From the NCBI GenBank assembly GCA_041483195.1, contig JBGPFC010000039.1, positions 1 to 33,069 of the forward strand: DNA of 33,069 bases, written 5' to 3'. The notes beneath the pieces were generated by a model that was not told the origin of the DNA, made no database searches, and saw only the letters and a list, made by a program, of their open reading frames with translations. The stretch is from Candidatus Eiseniibacteriota bacterium (GTDB lineage Bacteria; Eisenbacteria; RBG-16-71-46). Both the position numbers and the translations under genes were made by a program. Below, in pieces: positions 27,854 to 33,069 of this stretch. Within the stretch, counting starts at the first letter, position 1, and each line of letters opens with the position of its first letter.

Positions 27854-28786
27854 ATGCGCAGAGACTTCGTTCGCCCGCTGGTCCTCGCCCTCGCCGCGCT
27901 CACGCTCGCGTCGATCGCGGCGGCCGCGCCGTCCACGCCGAGCGGGGCCGGCCGCACGTTCACGACTCACGGCCTCACGATCTGGTACGAGGTGCGCGGC
28001 GCGGGCGACGACATCCCGCTCGTGGTCGTGAACGGCGGACCGGGGTTCGACCACACCTACGAGCTGTGCTCCGACGTGTGGGACACGCTGGCACGGCGGC
28101 GGCCGGTCGTGCTGTACGACCAGCGCGGGAACGGCCGCTCGAGCGCCATCAAGCCGGGCCAGACCTGCACGCTCAAAGACCAGATCGCCGATCTCGACGC
28201 GCTGCGCGCGGCGCTGGGGCGCGAGCGGATCGACCTGCTCGGTCACTCGTGGGGCGGCTACCTGGTGATGGCGTATGCCGCGCGCCACCCCGAGCACATC
28301 TCGCACCTCATCATCTGCGATTCCGCGGCGCCCAAGTGGAGCGACACGGATTTCATCTTCAAGTACACGTACCCCGAGGTGGTCGAGCGGCAGGGCCGGC
28401 TCGACGCCTACGACGCGCTCGGCGACACCGCCGCCGCCCACGCCAGCATGCACGAGTACCTGGGGATGCTGTTCGTCTCGCCCGCGAAGCGCGACGAGTT
28501 CCTCTCGCATGAGCACGATTACCGCTTCACGCGCTCGGTCAACGAGGCGCTCGGCGCCGATCTCGCATCGAGCGATCTCACCGCCGCGCTGCCCGCGTTC
28601 TCCATGCCCACGCTGGTCCTGACCGGGCGCTACGACAGCAACGTCGCTCCGAGCACCGCGTGGAAGATCCACAAGGCGATCCCGAACTCGCGCTTCGTGG
28701 TTTTCGAGAAGAGCGGGCACCTTCCGTTCTTCGAGGAGCCGGAAGCTTTCATCGGCGCGGTCGAGCCGTTCCTGGACGGACGATGA
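27854..28786 (+). CDS. Alpha/beta hydrolase, proline iminopeptidase-like (S33), with signal peptide, 310 aa
   Basis: GGAGGGAG RBS; NGGPG, YDQRGNGRS, GHSWGG, GRYD, SGHLPFFEEP. Confidence 0.88.
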   Translation: MRRDFVRPLVLALAALTLASIAAAAPSTPSGAGRTFTTHGLTIWYEVRGAGDDIPLVVVNGGPGFDHTYELCSDVWDTLARRRPVVLYDQRGNGRSSAIKPGQTCTLKDQIADLDALRAALGRERIDLLGHSWGGYLVMAYAARHPEHISHLIICDSAAPKWSDTDFIFKYTYPEVVERQGRLDAYDALGDTAAAHASMHEYLGMLFVSPAKRDEFLSHEHDYRFTRSVNEALGADLASSDLTAALPAFSMPTLVLTGRYDSNVAPSTAWKIHKAIPNSRFVVFEKSGHLPFFEEPEAFIGAVEPFLDGR

Positions 28787-28835
28787 CGAGCGTGTGGGTT
28801 CGCGCGCGGCGCCGCGTCGCCGCGCCCCGCGCGGG

Positions 28836-30041
28836 TCAGCGCGCCCGCACGACTCTGCGGCTCGCCGTGCCCCAGGGCGTGACGAGGCGCGCGAAGTAGA
28901 CGCCGGCCGGGGCCGTGATGCTCGAGTCGCTACGCCCGTCCCAGGTCGCGACGTGATCGCCGGCTTCGAGCCTGCCCGATTCGATCACGCGCACGCGCCG
29001 GCCCGCCACGTCGTAGAGCGCGAGCGTGACGCGCCCCGCCGCCGGCAGCGTGTAGCGCAGCGTCACGCCGCCGCCGCTCGGGTTCGGGGCCGGCCTCGCG
29101 AGCGCGAGTCGCGGCGCGGCGGGCGCGGATTCGACGCCGACCGTGGTGGAGCGTCGCGTCGCCCACCGCGTGGCGTTCATGAAGAAGATGCTGTCGCGCC
29201 CGCTGGCCTCGCCCCAGCCGTCGAAGATGCTGCTGTTGCCGGGCTGCGCGCTGCCGTCGTCGCATGGCGAGCTGTCGCCCGTGATCACGATCCGCCCGTT
29301 GCCGTACACCGAGCGCGCCGCCATCACGCCGGTGGTTCCGTGCGCGAGGCCGTTCATCCAGATCTCGCCCCTCACGTTCGGATTGATGCCGGGGTAGAGC
29401 GTCATGGTGGTGCCGTTGTGGAAGGAGATGCTGTCCGCCACGCCGATCGGCCCGTGAACGATGGAGTCGCCCGGCGCGGTCTCGACGTTGCCGGAGTTCT
29501 GCGAGATGTTGTTGTTCGCGTCGCCCGAGATGCCGCAGTGGATGCCCCAGCGCAGCTGTGCATCGAGCGCGTTCCAGATCTCTGGCGAATCCCAGGTGTC
29601 GCCGTTGCGGTCCGAGTTCCAGTGGTCCACCACCATCACCAGCCCGCCGCCGTCGCGCACGAAGTTGAAGATCGCGGTGGACTCCGCCGCGGAGAACAGC
29701 GTGTTGGGCTCGTCCACGATGAACACGTCGTAGTTCGAGAGGTCGTACGCGTTCCCGCCGTTGCCGTAGGTGATGCCGTAGGTCGGGGTGAGCGTGGCCA
29801 CGGAGTAGCCGCGCTTCACGAGATCGATCCCCCACGATGAAGTCGCGCCCAGCCAGTAGGTCCGGGGCGTGGCCTGCGTGACGGTGCTCTGGTCGGGGAC
29901 CGGCAGCGGCTGGTCGGTATCGATGATCCAGTCCGCGTTGCCGGCGGTCTCGGCGTGCGTGTTGTCGAAGAGCGCCCTGGGGCCGGCGGCCGCGGAAGAC
30001 ACCGCGAGGGCGAGGAGCAGGATGGCGAGCGGGAGGCGCAC
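28836..30041 (-). CDS. Secreted protein with GATase-like/DUF4350-like domain and FlgD-Ig (T9SS-like) C-terminal domain, 401 aa
   Basis: Signal peptide; ALFDNTHAETAGNADW, YDVFIVDEPN, FVRDGGGL, GRIVITGDSS; CTD PNPS...LRYTLP...LALYDVAGRRVR...WDG...GVYFARL. Confidence 0.85.
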   Translation of the reverse strand: MRLPLAILLLALAVSSAAAGPRALFDNTHAETAGNADWIIDTDQPLPVPDQSTVTQATPRTYWLGATSSWGIDLVKRGYSVATLTPTYGITYGNGGNAYDLSNYDVFIVDEPNTLFSAAESTAIFNFVRDGGGLVMVVDHWNSDRNGDTWDSPEIWNALDAQLRWGIHCGISGDANNNISQNSGNVETAPGDSIVHGPIGVADSISFHNGTTMTLYPGINPNVRGEIWMNGLAHGTTGVMAARSVYGNGRIVITGDSSPCDDGSAQPGNSSIFDGWGEASGRDSIFFMNATRWATRRSTTVGVESAPAAPRLALARPAPNPSGGGVTLRYTLPAAGRVTLALYDVAGRRVRVIESGRLEAGDHVATWDGRSDSSITAPAGVYFARLVTPWGTASRRVVRAR

Positions 30042-30148
30042 GATGTGGCCTTTCGGGATGCCGGATGGGCGCTTCGTGATGATCGAGACGAGCGGATCGC
30101 GGTGCGAGCGCCGCCAGGCCGGGGCCTAAGCCCGCGGCGCGAACAAGT

Positions 30149-31153
30149 CTATCGCGGCGGGGCCATCCACTCCACCCAGCTCTTCTCGAGCGCCTCGGGC
30201 TTCGACATGAGCTGGGCCGCGTTGGTGAGCGTCTCGCCGACGCTCTTGCCCGTGACGAAGCCCGATGCGATGTTGCCGAAGAAGCGATCGCCCTCGATTT
30301 CGGCGATGTAGCGCGCGAGCGCCAGCGACTCGTCGTCGAACAGATCGGCGCGCGCGACGGTTCCCGGTCCGTGCGGGCGCGACATGTCGAACAGCTCCGC
30401 GAGCGGCACGCGCCGGTCGAGCTGGCCGCGCATGGCGTCGATGCGGCGGGCCTGAACCGGCGGCGACTCACAGAGCGTGGCGATCGCTTCCTCGTACCAG
30501 TCGGGGAACTGATCGCTGAGCGCGTGCTGCGGCTCGGCGGTCGGCAACGGCAGCGTCAGGACCACCGAGCGCAACGCCTCCGCTCGCGCGGCGGCGCGGC
30601 CCGTGACGTCGGCGCCCGCGAGCTTCGCGCGAACCCACACCGAGAAGAACAGGTGCCCGGCGGCGTGGCCGAGCGAGGTGGGAAACTCGGAGACCGCGGC
30701 GGCCGAGGCGCCCGAGATCTTCGCGCGCTTCGCGGCGCTCGCGCCGACGGCGGCGTGTGCGCCGCCCTCGCCGGCCGCCAGGCCCGCGCCCGGCGGCGGC
30801 GCGATCCACGCGAGCGGCGCGAGGCCGTGCTCGCGCAGCGACGCGAAGTCGTAGCCCTTCATGCGTTCGGCCGAGTCGAACACCACCACCGCGATCCGCG
30901 GTGGCCGGTCGCCGACGTAACGATTGAATTGCGAAGCGGCGCGGCGCAGCTCCTGGGTCGCGGCCATGATCTCCTTCTCGCTCGTCGCGTACACGTCGAA
31001 TTGCGGCGTGCTCGCGCGGCGCATCGAGTCGGGCGGCGCGGGCGCGGCGAGGGCGGGCCCCGCGGTGGCGAGGGCGAGAAACGCGAGGACGAATCCGGCC
31101 TGCCAATGGCTCCTTACCACGCGGATGACATGAATCGGGGTCAGGATCGGCAC
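30149..31153 (-). CDS. Exported peptidase-MA/gluzincin-like protein with degenerate active site
   Basis: Signal-like FVLAFLALATAGPALA; STPQFDVY; LGHAAGHLF in place of HExxH; downstream PDWYEEAIA. Start codon uncertain. Confidence 0.65.
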   Translation of the reverse strand: MPILTPIHVIRVVRSHWQAGFVLAFLALATAGPALAAPAPPDSMRRASTPQFDVYATSEKEIMAATQELRRAASQFNRYVGDRPPRIAVVVFDSAERMKGYDFASLREHGLAPLAWIAPPPGAGLAAGEGGAHAAVGASAAKRAKISGASAAAVSEFPTSLGHAAGHLFFSVWVRAKLAGADVTGRAAARAEALRSVVLTLPLPTAEPQHALSDQFPDWYEEAIATLCESPPVQARRIDAMRGQLDRRVPLAELFDMSRPHGPGTVARADLFDDESLALARYIAEIEGDRFFGNIASGFVTGKSVGETLTNAAQLMSKPEALEKSWVEWMAPPR

Positions 31154-31283
31154 CAGCGCATCATGCCACAGCCTCGATGGCCCGTTGTCCCGGCGATGTC
31201 AGCGAGCGGGTCGGGGCTGGCTGCGGAGACAATTTTCCATGCGGGCCGAAGGACCTACACACTCCGGCCCGCCTCAGGGATCC

Positions 31284-33068
31284 TTATGGGAGCAAGATCA
31301 TCTTCTTGCGATCGCGGAACGTGCCCGCGTCGATGCGATAGAAATACACTCCGGGTCCGGCGGCGGCCCCCGACGACGTCCGGTGATCCCACTCCACCGC
31401 GTGATAGCCCGGCGGGTAGTAGTGGTTCACCAGCACCTGAAGCCGCCGCCCCTGCACGTCGAAGACCTCGAGCCGCACCATCGCGCCGACCGGCAGATCG
31501 AAGCGGATCGTGGTTCGCGCCCGGAACGGGTTGGGCTGGTTCTGGCGCAGCGCGAACGCGACAGGGAGTGCGGGGAGCTCGACCCGCGCCGGCTCGGCAC
31601 TCAGGCCATGACTCGAGTGCGGCGTGGCCTCCACCGCGAGAAAGAACTCGCGCGCGGTGCCCTCCGACTGCTGCGGCACTTCGAATCCCAGACTCACGGT
31701 GTCCGCCCCCGCCACGGTCAGGCTCACCGAGTCCGCCGCGGCGAGCGCTTCGCTCACGTCACCGCCGCGGCTCGAGGCCGCGCTGAGCAGCGTGGCGGTG
31801 TGGAGCCCGGCATTCTCCGACGAGCGCGCGAGGCTCCCCACGAATCGCAGCGTGCAATCGCCGAGCATGATGAGCCGCACGTGCGTGGTGCCGGATGGAA
31901 GCGCGCTTGCAAGCTCGTCCCAGTTGCGGCGTGGCATCGCGCGACCGGCCGACTGCCACTCTCCAGCTTCGGCCTGAGCCTCGATCTCGATTGCCGCCCC
32001 GCCGCTCGCAGCACTCCCACGAGCGGCATCGATCACCAGCACCGGATCGACCGGAGGTGAACCCTCCGGCACGGCGACAAGCGCGACCGTCAGCGTCTCG
32101 CCCGCCGCCGCGCCGTACTCGGCGCTGCCATCCATCATCGCAGTCAGGTCTGAAGCACCGGCGCCCCGGACCTGGGTCGCGATCGTGCGCTCGCCCAGTA
32201 CGATGTTGCCGCCGACCGCGAACCCCCGCACCTGGGCCGAGTGGTCTACGACCAGCAGCCGCGCCGCATCGAGCGCGAGCGAGCGCGAGCCCGTCCCGCG
32301 CAGGCGCAGCGCGTAGGCATCGCCCTTGATGGCGGGACTCGACGCGAGCCGGCACAGATCGCTGGCCCGGGCGTTTGGGGCCGCCCCGTCGAGCAACGAG
32401 TTCTCGACGAACGAGCCCGCCTGCTGCTGCTCCATCGCCGAGAGCACGCCCGCGCGCCGCGCCTGCGAGCTGTCACCACCGTCGCCCCCTCCACCGACCA
32501 GGAAGTCGTCGCAGGACGTGTTGGGTCCCGCGAACGCCTGATTGCTCAGGGCCGCGTAGTGGTCATTGTCGTCGAGCGACTTGATCCGGAAGTACCAGTT
32601 GCTGCTGCCCGCGCCGGTCTTGGTGTAGGTCTCGGCTGATCCAGGATCGCCCGGCGCAGAGGTGGTGATATGCGTCGCCGAACTCCAGTTGCCATCGGTG
32701 ATCGAGCTGTGCGAGTAGCGCAGGTCGTACGAGTTCACGCGACCGCTCACCGTCTGCGCCGAGTCATCCGCAGGTGCGGTCCAGGTGAGCAGGATGCCGC
32801 CCGCTCCGTCGGGGCAGGCGAGCAGATCGCTGATCGGCTCCGGGCGGGTCCCATCGCACTCGTCGACCGCCGAGGTCGAGACCACCTTGAGCCAGCGCGC
32901 GATCGAAGGCACATCGGTCCGGTCGGCGGAGCCGGTGAGGAACAGCAGGTAGTAGCCCGGGGGCGTCAAGTCGGCGGTCGAGGGCATTCGTACCAGCAGC
33001 CGCGACGGGTTGCTGGCCTTGACGATGTCCACCGGGACGAAGCGCTGGTCCTGATCGAACCCGTGGGT
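31284..33068 (-). CDS. 3' part of a large secreted protein: galactose-oxidase-like C-terminal (DUF1929) domain, FnIII domain, beta domain and FlgD-Ig CTD; 5' end outside the window
   Basis: Frame is open to the edge: THGFDQDQRFVPV...PPGYYLLFL...VPSIARW (DUF1929 pattern); LTWTAPADD...YDLRYS...WYFRIKSLD (FnIII); LRQNQPNPF...FDVQGRRL...WD...GVYFYRI (CTD). Confidence 0.85.
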   Translation of the reverse strand, partial: THGFDQDQRFVPVDIVKASNPSRLLVRMPSTADLTPPGYYLLFLTGSADRTDVPSIARWLKVVSTSAVDECDGTRPEPISDLLACPDGAGGILLTWTAPADDSAQTVSGRVNSYDLRYSHSSITDGNWSSATHITTSAPGDPGSAETYTKTGAGSSNWYFRIKSLDDNDHYAALSNQAFAGPNTSCDDFLVGGGGDGGDSSQARRAGVLSAMEQQQAGSFVENSLLDGAAPNARASDLCRLASSPAIKGDAYALRLRGTGSRSLALDAARLLVVDHSAQVRGFAVGGNIVLGERTIATQVRGAGASDLTAMMDGSAEYGAAAGETLTVALVAVPEGSPPVDPVLVIDAARGSAASGGAAIEIEAQAEAGEWQSAGRAMPRRNWDELASALPSGTTHVRLIMLGDCTLRFVGSLARSSENAGLHTATLLSAASSRGGDVSEALAAADSVSLTVAGADTVSLGFEVPQQSEGTAREFFLAVEATPHSSHGLSAEPARVELPALPVAFALRQNQPNPFRARTTIRFDLPVGAMVRLEVFDVQGRRLQVLVNHYYPPGYHAVEWDHRTSSGAAAGPGVYFYRIDAGTFRDRKKMILLP

Positions 33069-33069
33069 C

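Overview
Very GC-rich, gene-dense bacterial chromosomal segment. Two proteins ending in a FlgD-Ig/T9SS-like C-terminal domain and several outer-membrane beta-barrels point to a diderm of the FCB group (Ca. Eisenbacteria-like; this is inference). Left to right: the start of a Cys-rich, possibly transposase ORF cut by the edge; a beta-barrel gene; a TM-TPR gene; an SbcD/Mre11 nuclease coupled to a Rad50/YhaN-type SMC ATPase whose apex is a transmembrane hairpin; a GCPII-like M28 peptidase and two PLP enzymes; a DUF6249-like gene divergent from an ECF sigma/anti-sigma pair, with twin back-to-back promoter motifs; YyaL coupled to DsbD; a ~1.3 kb islet (dead RIT-type integrase fragment plus beta-barrel gene) bounded by an ~80 bp duplication of the next gene's promoter and 5' end; a polytopic TPR membrane protein; a third beta-barrel; a tandem aspartyl protease-PDZ protein; an orphan two-gene operon; S9 and S33 peptidases; a CTD-bearing secreted protein; a degenerate gluzincin; and the 3' part of a galactose-oxidase-like CTD protein. 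I saw no rRNA, tRNA or CRISPR array. All family assignments come from motif recognition by eye, not database searches.
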